63,990 nucleotides of DNA, filler included, from Octopus bimaculoides (GCF_001194135.2; 8 parts of 6 records of this genome joined end to end with filler, not necessarily neighbours in it); one strand, 5' to 3'. Numbered from the whole stretch's first letter, positions 1 to 11,300 are shown. The notes: generated by a model from the letters alone, not told the origin. A program made the numbers and translations.

Positions 1-256
1 TCGACTTAATCCGTTTGTCTGTTCTTGTTTGTCCCCTCTGTGTGTAGCCCCTTGTGGGCAGTAAAGAAATAGGTATTTCGTCTGCCGCTACGTTCTGAGT
101 TCAAATTCCGCCGAGGTCGACTTTGCCTTTCATCCTTTCGGAGTCGATCAAATAAGTACCAGTTACACACTGGGGTCGGTATAATCGACTTAATCCGTTT
201 GTCTGTCCTTGTTTGTCCCCTCTGTGTGTAGCCCCTTGTGGGTAGTAAAGAAATAA
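1..256 (+). mobile_element. Tandem 184-bp units of SINE family A (headless body plus an alternative 3' tail)
   Basis: tcgacttaatccgtttgtctgt recurs at 1 and 185. The unit contains B-box-like GAGTTCAAATTCC, the family-A core gcctttcatcctttcggagtcgat...aagtaccag, and tail gccccttgtgggcagtaaagaaata. Confidence 0.8.
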
Positions 257-865
257 CACATTTAACATGACTTCGTTCCATATTGAAATTAAAAAAAAAT
301 TTCGATAAACTGTCAGTCACCGTACAATTCACGGTTTTGCAACTAAAGCTGCTAAATATGTGGATAATGAATGATCAAACGATTTTTGACGGTCTTAACG
401 CTATCATATCATGGTCGTCTGCCTTGTTAGAAATGGAAGAAAATTTCCCTCAAATAACGAACGCTGTTATGTCGGTAGAAATTGGAGGACATTTTGATGA
501 AATAATCCTAGATACATTACGTCTGCACAATGTATTTGTCTGCTGGAAAAAAGAAAGAGAACAAATGACGAAAATGGATGATTCTTATCTAGAATGGTCT
601 TTTTGACCATTGGAATACTTGGAACTAAAGTCAGCCGAAACAGCAATAACCAGATACGGCGGCAACAACAACAGCAACAACTATAGCAACCTCAAGAACT
701 TAACACTAAATTCTTGACACCAGCAATCTATTTTTACCAAAGAGGCAGATTTAAAATTAGAAAAAATATATTCTGTGTAGTGGCACCAATGTGCAAAAGA
801 ATTGCCAGAATATTTATCTAGAGAGCGTCAATATCAATCGTCTGTAAAACAATTAAGGTATTATG

Positions 866-902
<37 letters not shown>

Positions 903-1017
903 ACACTCAGAAATAACATCAAGAAAATTATTTTACCTTTACCTCTAAGCTACTGTCTTTCACATATTTTGAAGTTCTTAAGAGATTGTAAAGTTTCTTT
1001 TATTTTTATTTATTTTT

Positions 1018-1052
<35 letters not shown>

Positions 1053-1164
1053 TCTATTTATTTTACTTTCCTCCGGAGGGGGAAGAGTGAGAGACCACGC
1101 CCTTCTTGTAAGATTATACTCAGCTTCGTTTGCTAAATATCACATGCACTTTTTCTTTGCATCG

Positions 1165-1305
1165 GAAATCGCATTCTCTTTCTGTCTCTCTCTTTCTGTC
1201 TCTCTCTTTCTCTCTCTCTATCTTTGTCTGTCTCTGTCTCACTTCTTCTCTCTCTCTTTCTCTTTCTCTTTCTTCCTTTGTCTCTCTCTTTTTCTTTCTC
1301 TCTCT

Positions 1306-1341
<36 letters not shown>

Positions 1342-1501
1342 ATGTCCGTCTGTCCGTCTGTCTCTCTTTTTGTCTGTCAGTGTGTCTTGTCTGCTATATC
1401 CTCTCTCTCTCTCTCTTTGTCTCTCTCTCTGTCTCTCTTCCTCTGCCTCTTTTTCCCTTTCTCTCTTTCTCTCTCTCTCTTTCTCTTTCTCTTTATCTCT
1501 A

Positions 1502-1533
<32 letters not shown>

Positions 1534-1590
1534 AATGTCCGTCTGTCCGTCTGTCTCTCTCTTTGCCTGTCAGTGTGTTTTGTCTGCTAT

Positions 1591-1625
<35 letters not shown>

Positions 1626-1844
1626 ATCTGTCTGTTTGTCTGTCTGTCTCTCTGCTTGTCTGTCTGTCTCTCTCTGTCTGTCTCTCACTTCCTCTCTCTC
1701 TCTTTCTCTCTCTTCCTCTCTGTTTCTCTTTACCCTACCTTTCTGCTCTTTTATGCTTCTCTTTCTAACTCTCTCCATCCCGTATCTCGCTTTCTCCCTC
1801 CCTGACTCTCTGTCTGCCTTTCACCCATTCCTCTTAATCTTTCT

Positions 1845-1896
<52 letters not shown>

Positions 1897-1934
1897 GCTT
1901 GTCGCTCTATCTCTCCGCTCTTTCTGTTTCCCTC

Positions 1935-1967
<33 letters not shown>

Positions 1968-1968
1968 T
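1165..1968. repeat. Complex (CT)n/(CTGT)n low-complexity tract with an internal duplication, ending in (TA)n
   Basis: Polypyrimidine dinucleotide runs. The block atgtccgtctgtccgtctgtctctct...tgtctgctatatcc occurs twice (about 1341 and 1535). Confidence 0.95.
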
Positions 1969-2819
1969 NNNNNNNNNNNNNNNNNNNNNNNNNNNNNNNN
2001 NNNNNNNNNNNNNNNNNNNNNNNNNNNNNNNNNNNNNNNNNNNNNNNNNNNNNNNNNNNNNNNNNNNNNNNNNNNNNNNNNNNNNNNNNNNNNNNNNNNN
2101 NNNNNNNNNNNNNNNNNNNNNNNNNNNNNNNNNNNNNNNNNNNNNNNNNNNNNNNNNNNNNNNNNNNNNNNNNNNNNNNNNNNNNNNNNNNNNNNNNNNN
2201 NNNNNNNNNNNNNNNNNNNNNNNNNNNNNNNNNNNNNNNNNNNNNNNNNNNNNNNNNNNNNNNNNNNNNNNNNNNNNNNNNNNNNNNNNNNNNNNNNNNN
2301 NNNNNNNNNNNNNNNNNNNNNNNNNNNNNNNNNNNNNNNNNNNNNNNNNNNNNNNNNNNNNNNNNNNNNNNNNNNNNNNNNNNNNNNNNNNNNNNNNNNN
2401 NNNNNNNNNNNNNNNNNNNNNNNNNNNNNNNNNNNNNNNNNNNNNNNNNNNNNNNNNNNNNNNNNNNNNNNNNNNNNNNNNNNNNNNNNNNNNNNNNNNN
2501 NNNNNNNNNNNNNNNNNNNNNNNNNNNNNNNNNNNNNNNNNNNNNNNNNNNNNNNNNNNNNNNNNNNNNNNNNNNNNNNNNNNNNNNNNNNNNNNNNNNN
2601 NNNNNNNNNNNNNNNNNNNNNNNNNNNNNNNNNNNNNNNNNNNNNNNNNNNNNNNNNNNNNNNNNNNNNNNNNNNNNNNNNNNNNNNNNNNNNNNNNNNN
2701 NNNNNNNNNNNNNNNNNNNNNNNNNNNNNNNNNNNNNNNNNNNNNNNNNNNNNNNNNNNNNNNNNNNNNNNNNNNNNNNNNNNNNNNNNNNNNNNNNNNN
2801 NNNNNNNNNNNNNNNNNNN

Positions 2820-2851
<32 letters not shown>

Positions 2852-2923
2852 CTGCGTATATGTGTATAAATGCATATCCAGACTCACTGGCAGGCAGACA
2901 GACAGACACACACACAAACACAT

Positions 2924-2954
<31 letters not shown>

Positions 2955-3131
2955 CACACATGCATATTTGCAGTGCTGTCTATGTATGCATAGGAATATC
3001 CCCAAGAAAGCCGGATATAAATATATGCATGTGAGTGTATGCGTTAGTGAAAGTATACACACTCATACACATGCAGACACACTCATACACAGACACACAC
3101 ACACACACACACATACACACACACAAACACT

Positions 3132-3169
<38 letters not shown>

Positions 3170-3794
3170 CACAGCCATACGTACATACACACATACATAC
3201 ATAAATACTTGCATATATACACCTCCCCCCCCACCCGTTCTTGACTATATTCTCAATTCTGTTACTATCTTCAGAGAGCCAGTACGAACGCTGTGCGAGG
3301 CCACGCCCAGAAGTTAAGCAACGTTGAATGGTTATAATCTTAGCCCATTTCTTCCCTCAACTAATTTCTCTCCTTTAAGACAACCACGCCCAGGGCCTGT
3401 GAGATGAGGGTGATGCAAGACGCACATCACAACTGGGCCCAGATTTTTCCCTAGGATCGCAGAAAATGTTTGCATATATGTATTTAAGACTAAGAATCAT
3501 ATTTTGGTAAGGAAACCCAAATGAAACTTTATATGCTCTGATATAATCCCTCACTGCGGCTCTGACCACGCCTCATAGGTTTAACAAATTCAAACGTATT
3601 TCTTAAGATGTTTCGTAATAATATTAATAACGTACTCTTTAACAGACTCTAGATATGGCTGTTATTTAACCATAGGTCAGACTAGACAGGATGCTTACAG
3701 CCATTACAGTTGTAATCTTCTTGTCTTATATTCAAACAAAGAGCATACAGAACAGTATTACATAATATGTACCTATCAATATTGAGAGTTGCTA

Positions 3795-4000
3795 TGAGAT
3801 GGCAGAACCGTTAGCACGCCGGGCAAAATGCATGGCGGCATTTCGTCTGTCTTTTCATTCTGAGTTCAAATTCCGACGACTTCGCCTTTTATTCTTTCGA
3901 GGTCGCTAAAGTAAGAACCAGTCCAGCACTGGAGTTGATGTAACCAACAACCATCTACCTTGAAAACTCTGGCGTTGTGTCAAAATTTTAAACCATTATT
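3795..4000 (+). mobile_element. tRNA-derived SINE family A, diverged full-length copy
   Basis: A-box-like ggcagaaccgttagc, B-box gagttcaaattcc, core and tail. Confidence 0.8.
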
Positions 4001-4346
4001 TTAGGAAGCAATTTGAGGGTTATTCAGCTACTGTTTTTATTTTTTGCTAGTCATCATTGTATGACGTAAGACTATATCCCTTCTTGATTATTTTCTGTTA
4101 TGGATTAGCCCCCACGTCATTTTGAGTTTTAATTGAAGATGTTTTGGCCGTAACAACTATATTCCATCTTATATACAAATATGATCCGTCAAGGATCACA
4201 TTACCTCTTCATTTCTCTAAGATATTAGAGGCATGATGCGAAGGATGATTGTCTTTTATTTCTAGTAGACCTTGCGACCCTGTAGCTGATGCCTCCTTGG
4301 CTAATATAGTTCTGTACATGTTTAGATATATTGAACTTATGTGATT

Positions 4347-4628
4347 CGTGGTTCTCAACCGGGGTCCATAAGGTCCTTGAGGGCCCATAAGATCCTTGGG
4401 GTGTCCATAGGATCCTTGGCGGGGGGGGGGGGCTCATATAAGATTTCTTTGTTAAAATTTATGTGCAATAAATTGTATATACTTCTACAATACACAAAAT
4501 ATTTAAGCAATTTTTTAATACAATTCCCAGTAATATTTAATTATTAAAATATAATATGGTTCTTTTTAACATGAGGGTCCAGTAAGGTGAAATAAGAATC
4601 AAAGATATCCATAGATAAATAGTGGTTG
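4347..4628 (+). mobile_element. hAT (Charlie-like) MITE; right TIR cut by an N gap
   Basis: Starts gtggttctcaaccggggtcc, resembling the CAGTGGTTCTCAAC hAT TIR. Ends ...atagtggttg at the gap, consistent with the start of the reverse TIR. Confidence 0.55.
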
Positions 4629-4806
4629 NNNNNNNNNNTTATGTGCAAAATAGACATCAACGATAAAATCTGAACGATGCAGGTTGACTGATATTTAAAT
4701 ATTGCTTTTACATTATGAAATGTTCATTTTTGTGGGGCAGCCATTTTTTAAATCCAAAGTTTTGTTTTTAACACGTAAATTCTATATGATATTATTTAAA
4801 GCTTTA

Positions 4807-5475
4807 AAGGCGGTGAGCTGGCAGAATCGTTAGCACACCGGGCAAAATGCTTAGTGGTATTTCGTCCATCTTTACGCGCTGAGTTCAAATTCCGTTGGGG
4901 TCGACTTTACCTTCCATCCTTTTGAGGTCGATAAATTAAGTATCAGTTGAGCACTGGAGTCGATGTAATCGACTTACTCTCTCCCCCAAATTTGCTGGCC
5001 TTGTGCCAAGGTTTAAAATCATTATTTTTATAAAGACGGCGTCCAGGCAGCAGCGTTAGCACGTTGGGCAAAATGCTCAGCGGCATTTCGTTCGTCTTTA
5101 CGTTTCGAGTTCAAATTCCGCCAAGGTCGATTTTGCCTTTCATCGTATCGGGGTCGATAAATTAAATACCAGTCAAGCATTGGGGTCAATGTAATCGACT
5201 AGTCCCTTCCCTCAAAATTTCAGGCCTTGTGCCAAATAATACAAAGGATTATATAAAGCCGTTTAAAGGCGGCGTGCTGGCAGAACCGTTAGCACGCCGG
5301 ACAAAATACTTCGCGGTATTTTTCCTGTCTTTACGTCTGAGTTCAAATGCCGCCAAGGTCGACTTTTCCTTTCATCATTTTAAAATCGATCAAGCAAAGT
5401 ACCAGTCGAGCATTGGGGCCCATGTAACCAATTTAGTCCCCTCCTACAAACATTGTTCACCTTGAATCCAAAGTT
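4807..5475 (+). mobile_element. Three head-to-tail SINE family A copies (about 4807-5026, 5033-5252, 5266-5475)
   Basis: Each has aaggcgg...ggcagaa.cgttagcac, gagttcaaat.cc, gtcgac/ttt.c.tttcatc, aagtaccag and a ggccttgtgcc-like tail (degraded in the third copy). Confidence 0.9.
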
Positions 5476-5667
5476 TGTATTTCACAAAATGGTTGAACGA
5501 CTATGTTGACAATCGCGTATTAATTCGTAACGAATGTGTGTGTGTGTACAATGGAAATGGGATGGTAATGTTCAACGCTGAAAATATGTGGGTATATGTG
5601 TATATGCATGTGCGTGTGCAAGAGAACTATATGAAACGTTACATATACACGTAAAGTAAAAAAGAAA

Positions 5668-5865
5668 AACTCGGAAAAATAATCCAGAATCCTTGTCCGG
5701 AACCGGATCGATCCCAAAATCTAATGAGACCGTGCCAGTCACAAGGCCAAACATCCCTGAAAGTTTCATCCGAATCCATCGAGAGGTTCTTGAGACATCT
5801 TGTCCACGGACAAACAAACACGACTAAAAACAATACCTCCGCCTTCGCTAAGGCTGAGGTAATAA
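5668..5865 (-). mobile_element. Non-autonomous Helentron/DINE-1-like (HINE) element
   Basis: The minus strand begins ttattacctcagcc-ttagcgaa-ggcggaggtattg (terminal hairpin, 5834-5861), followed by a gtttgtttgt microsatellite, atgaaactttcaggga and ttagattttgggatcgatccggttccggac. This layout is typical of DINE/HINE families. Confidence 0.55.
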
Positions 5866-6005
5866 ATTATAAGTTGTAAAACTAAAAAAATGTGAAAAAA
5901 CCTACATATATGTTTCATACTAGCCCCTAGATGATATGGAATTCTAAGCATTTAACGAAATGTATATCAAATAGAGGCTAGTACTTTTCTTTCCTTCAAT
6001 ATATA

Positions 6006-6063
6006 CAGGGTTGGCCAAAAGTCACTCGACAGTTAACCAAAATTCCATAAATACTTAATATTC
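6006..6063 (+). mobile_element. Tc1/mariner-type left terminal inverted repeat, truncated by a gap
   Basis: TA|CAGGGTTGGCCAAAAGTCACTCGACAG is a CAG-starting Tc1-like TIR after a TA dinucleotide. Confidence 0.5.
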
Positions 6064-6163
6064 NNNNNNNNNNNNNNNNNNNNNNNNNNNNNNNNNNNNN
6101 NNNNNNNTTAATTAATTAANNNNNNNNNNNNNNNNNNNNNNNNNNNNNNNNNNNNNNNNNNNN

Positions 6164-6229
<66 letters not shown>

Positions 6230-6544
6230 TCATACGCACACAATTGATCCGCGGCGAACGGTTTAGTGTGTATGTACGTAGGTACATAATGATTAAAAGT
6301 GATGAGTCATTTCCTTATATTTCTATCTATGAGATATCTTTTATTGCGTAATAGATTAATTATTCGATCAATTAGTTTATTAATTTCTTTCGTGCTCTTT
6401 CACGTTTTTGTTGGCTTACTCTTTCCTTCTTCAATTGCTTATTGCTCATTGTCAGCTATACGCGTTGTGTGCAGCTGATATACAGAGATAGGGAAATAAC
6501 TCGTGTATAAATACATATATAAACAACCTCTTTGTATATATATA

Positions 6545-6720
6545 TATAGTTAGAAAAAAGGGAAAAGACAAAAAAACAATAACAACAACGTGAGGACGTG
6601 ATATAGATGGTATTACTAGACGCTCGGGAAAGGAAAGAGAGAGAGAGTATGACGTTTCGAGCGGAGCTCTTCGTCGGAAACAAGGAAAGTTCAAAGAAGG
6701 GAAAACACACACACAAACAT
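6545..6720 (-). mobile_element. Penelope-like (PLE) terminal-repeat-derived short element with a hammerhead-like motif
   Basis: The minus strand reads CCGACGA-A-GAGC-TCC-GCTC-GAAAC-GTC at 6677->6651 and abuts (TA)n. It is related to the elements at 35448, 37105 and 54817. Confidence 0.5.
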
Positions 6721-7551
6721 AGGTACCTATATATCATACAGATAGACGTAAACAGAGGTAGCGGTTATGGTAACCGCCAAAGCGATAAAAATATCCGTAT
6801 ATATTATCGGTATCCGTTACCTGTATTATCCCCAGGCATTGGTTTGCAGGCACATCATGCACATAGAGTTCAGGTAACAACAGGATAAACAAGAGTTTAT
6901 CAGGAACCTGGGCAAAAGCTATAAATGTGGTCCAACCCTTGTGTTGGTTGATCTGGTTTTCAACATTTTCTAATTATTTGCATTATATATATATATATAT
7001 ATNNNNNNNNNNNNNNNNNNNNNNNNNNNNNNNNNNNNNNNNNNNNNNNNNNNNNNNNNNNNNNNNNNNNNNNNNNNNNNNNNNNNNNNNNNNNNNNNNN
7101 NNNNNNNNNNNNNNNNNNNNNNNNNNNNNNNNNNNNNNNNNNNNNNNNNNNNNNNNNNNNNNNNNNNNNNNNNNNNNNNNNNNNNNNNNNNNNNNNNNNN
7201 NNNNNNNNNNNNNNNNNNNNNNNNNNNNNNNNNNNNNNNNNNNNNNNNNNNNNNNNNNNNNNNNNNNNNNNNNNNNNNNNNNNNNNNNNNNNNNNNNNNN
7301 NNNNNNNNNNNNNNNNNNNNNNNNNNNNNNNNNNNNNNNNNNNNNNNNNNNNNNNNNNNNNNNNNNNNNNNNNNNNNNNNNNNNNNNNNNNNNNNNNNNN
7401 NNNNNNNNNNNNNNNNNNNNNNNNNNNNNNNNNNNNNNNNNNNNNNNNNNNNNNNNNNNNNNNNNNNNNNNNNNNNNNNNNNNNNNNNNNNNNNNNNNNN
7501 NNNNNNNNNNNNNNNNNNNNNNNNNNNNNNNNNNNNNNNNNNNNNNNNNNN

Positions 7552-7593
<42 letters not shown>

Positions 7594-7599
7594 ATTGAT

Positions 7600-7800
7600 G
7601 AGGAAAACAGAAGATAGATTTAGTACGAAACTTTATTCAACACGACGATCGTTTCGACACATTCTGCAGCTGTCCCTTAGGGGTAGGATATTGTGCACCT
7701 AGTTGTGTTGCATCGATCAATGTAGGTTGAGTCACTTCAGGTGCTTTGTGTAAAAATAGCTATCCCATAAGATAGACTTAGTTCTCCTTGGCATGTTGTT
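7600..7800 (-). mobile_element. Probable Penelope-like element 3' end fragment
   Basis: The minus strand has cacctgaagtgac....gtcgaaacgatcg...aataaag, a split CTGAAG(A)..GAAAC motif followed by a polyA signal, as at PLE 3' ends. Confidence 0.35.
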
Positions 7801-8096
7801 GTCTTTCATTGTATGTGGGTACACAATATCTGTGTATATATGTATCTGTCGGTGCATGTCCGTGAAATATGTCTGTCTGTCTCTCCTTCTCACTCTCTCC
7901 CCGTCTCTCTTTCTATCGCCGTGCACCCCTCTCTCTCTATTGCCCTGCTTCACTCTGTCTCTATCGCCCTTCTCTTTCTCTCTATCGGGGCAGCAAAAAA
8001 CCACACAAGTAATACGGACGTAACACCCTGTCTGTAAAAGTAGAAACTCCGGGTTGATGTGAAATGTTTTTTATAGTATATATATATAAATAAATG

Positions 8097-8146
8097 GAGT
8101 TAAACGCAGGCGTTATTCAAATTTGAATAACACCTGCGTTTAACTC
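8097..8146. repeat. 50-bp spacerless palindrome with one mismatch, between (TA)n tracts
   Basis: gagttaaacgcagg-c-gttattcaaa | tttgaataac-a-cctgcgtttaactc. Confidence 0.95.
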
Positions 8147-8645
8147 AATATATATATTCTTATATATATATATATNNNNNNNNNNNNNNNNNNNNNNNNN
8201 NNNNNNNNNNNNNNNNNNNNNNNNNNNNNNNNNNNNNNNNNNNNNNNNNNNNNNNNNNNNNNNNNNNNNNNNNNNNNNNNNNNNNNNNNNNNNNNNNNNN
8301 NNNNNNNNNNNNNNNNNNNNNNNNNNNNNNNNNNNNNNNNNNNNNNNNNNNNNNNNNNNNNNNNNNNNNNNNNNNNNNNNNNNNNNNNNNNNNNNNNNNN
8401 NNNNNNNNNNNNNNNNNNNNNNNNNNNNNNNNNNNNNNNNNNNNNNNNNNNNNNNNNNNNNNNNNNNNNNNNNNNNNNNNNNNNNNNNNNNNNNNNNNNN
8501 NNNNNNNNNNNNNNNNNNNNNNNNNNNNNNNNNNNNNNNNNNNNNNNNNNNNNNNNNNNNNNNNNNNNNNNNNNNNNNNNNNNNNNNNNNNNNNNNNNNN
8601 NNNNNNNNNNNNNNNNNNNNNNNNNNNNNNNNNNNNNNNNNNNNN

Positions 8646-8676
<31 letters not shown>

Positions 8677-8690
8677 CATATGTATATACA

Positions 8691-8814
8691 TATTCTTTTA
8701 TTCTTTCACTTGTTTTAGTCCTTTGATAGCGGCCATGCTGAAGCACCGCATTTAGTGGGACTGAAACCGGAATCATGTGGCTGGGGAGCAAGCTTCTCGC
8801 CACACAGCCACGCC
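8691..8814 (-). mobile_element. Internally deleted SINE family B (tRNA head fused directly to the distal tail)
   Basis: Head ggcgtggctgtgtggcgagaagcttgctcccagccacatgattccggtttcagtccc joined to gcggtgcttcagcatggccgc...acaagtgaaagaata. Confidence 0.7.
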
Positions 8815-8970
8815 ATATACATAAATGTATATATATGAGAGGTATTGGTATCCAGAAGAACTAAGGTGGCAGATAACGCTATGTAAGTGCTATGGAAGGA
8901 CCGTAGTTAAACTCTCGGTTCGATAATAATACGAGTGAAGAGTCTAATGCGGGTCTTGTATGAGCATGTA

Positions 8971-9652
8971 TATGTTAAAATAAAATGAGACAGCCAAACC
9001 AAGGTTAAGTAGAATTTTCAGGACATTTATAAATAAGAGAATGAATGTAGAAATAAAATTAAAAATGTATAAAGATGTTATAGTTGCAGTTCCATTATCC
9101 AAGGAATGTGGTTTGTAGAAATGGTATAAATGCTTCCTGTCCGTGTTAGGTAAATTCCAATAGGAGTTCATATTTTGTCGTCACAAATGGAAAGTTGTGG
9201 AGACGTAGATTCCATGTGATGTTCATTCAAAGGGGTGTTGTGGTGTGAATGAAAGTTTGAGAATGTAGTGGTAGTAATAAATGGATAGAGAAGGGAGAAG
9301 AGATGTGTATGTTAAAATGAAGAGAGAGAGGTCAAAAGAAAATGTGAGAAAAGAAGGAAGGAAAGAGGAAGAGAAAATGAAGACAAGAGGAGAAAATGAA
9401 AAATGTGTAAGGAAGTGATAACTATAACATCTTTATGCATTTTTATTTCCACATTCATTCTCTTATTTCCCTATATACTCTTTATTTGCTCATAGTGAAC
9501 TCTAATATTTCCCTCTTTTTAACCATCTCACATCGTCTCTGATGAAGGTATATCCCTTACATCCCAGAAACAGCTGTAAGACTAACTTTCTCTTTATAAA
9601 TGTCCTGAAAATTCCACACATCCTTGGCTTTGTTGTCTCATTTTATTTAACA
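8971..9652. repeat. Fold-back inverted repeat (~115-bp arms; the right arm is split by a ~125-bp insert)
   Basis: The reverse complement of 8971-9085 matches 9420-9468 plus 9594-9652 (aactataacatctttat...cattcattctcttattt / ttataaatgtcctgaaaattc...tgtctcattttattt). Confidence 0.8.
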
Positions 9653-10584
9653 CACATATATATATATATACATATATATACATTCATACATATTTATACG
9701 TATATACATATATACACATACGTATATATATATACATATATATACATTCATACATATTTATACGTATATATATATACACACATATACATATGCATACGTA
9801 TATATACACACATATACATATGCATACGTATATATACGCACATATATACATACATATATGTATAAATATACATATATATATATGTATGCATTGCATTTAT
9901 ATCNNNNNNNNNNNNNNNNNNNNNNNNNNNNNNNNNNNNNNNNNNNNNNNNNNNNNNNNNNNNNNNNNNNNNNNNNNNNNNNNNNNNNNNNNNNNNNNNN
10001 NNNNNNNNNNNNNNNNNNNNNNNNNNNNNNNNNNNNNNNNNNNNNNNNNNNNNNNNNNNNNNNNNNNNNNNNNNNNNNNNNNNNNNNNNNNNNNNNNNNN
10101 NNNNNNNNNNNNNNNNNNNNNNNNNNNNNNNNNNNNNNNNNNNNNNNNNNNNNNNNNNNNNNNNNNNNNNNNNNNNNNNNNNNNNNNNNNNNNNNNNNNN
10201 NNNNNNNNNNNNNNNNNNNNNNNNNNNNNNNNNNNNNNNNNNNNNNNNNNNNNNNNNNNNNNNNNNNNNNNNNNNNNNNNNNNNNNNNNNNNNNNNNNNN
10301 NNNNNNNNNNNNNNNNNNNNNNNNNNNNNNNNNNNNNNNNNNNNNNNNNNNNNNNNNNNNNNNNNNNNNNNNNNNNNNNNNNNNNNNNNNNNNNNNNNNN
10401 NNNNNNNNNNNNNNNNNNNNNNNNNNNNNNNNNNNNNNNNNNNNNNNNNNNNNNNNNNNNNNNNNNNNNNNNNNNNNNNNNNNNATATATATATATATAT
10501 ATATATAGGTATTTATACATTTAAAATATACGTATATCTATATCTAAATCAACATATCGACTCTGTTAATACACACACACGTTT

Positions 10585-10637
<53 letters not shown>

Positions 10638-11013
10638 CGAGGGCCTTTCCCCAATATGTTCCTTATTTATTTGAAAGCATTTTCTAGACTGTCCAAGCGT
10701 CTGGGCGCTCCCTCCCATAACCTGCAACCTTCTGCGATCTAGAGATTGGCATAGCACTAAAGCTGGCACCACATAGACTGTACATGGCGATGCCAAACCG
10801 TTATCGAGGGACATCTTAACCGCCAGAGGGCGCTTCACTCGCATTCCTTCTCTTCTCCCTATCTCCATACACACACATACACACGTGTAGATGAGTGTAT
10901 ATATACTGAGCGAACCCACCACTCCGCCACATGTTTAGAAATATATTTTCCTCTGTGCGTGTGTGTGTGTTTGCACATACGTGTGCATTCATGTACACAA
11001 ATTTCATGTGTAC

Positions 11014-11051
<38 letters not shown>

Positions 11052-11201
11052 CAAAGAATATTTTTGCATGTATACACACATATATGTACATACTTACATC
11101 TACATGTGTATATATATGCATATCAGGGTACAGGACGTTAGAACAATGAACTACAGACAACGGAACGAGCACATAGGAAAACGGAAAGCCACTTAAGTCT
11201 T

Positions 11202-11245
<44 letters not shown>

Positions 11246-11300
11246 GAAAATTTAAAAGTTTAAAAATCTTATGATATATATATATATGTATATGTATGTA

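Noticed and set aside
1087-3204. Long ORFs in the track (705 aa etc.) and all X-rich, IYIY, HTHT, CVCV, poly-N/I/L/H ORFs
   Set aside because: They are produced by N runs and di-/tri-nucleotide microsatellites that lack stop codons.
6108-6119. TTAATTAATTAA centred in N runs (also 18333, 25329, 32357, 40683, 59604, 62798)
   Set aside because: It occurs as 44 N + 12-mer + 44 N = 100 bp where counted. This is an artificial scaffolding spacer with stops in all frames, not a biological repeat.
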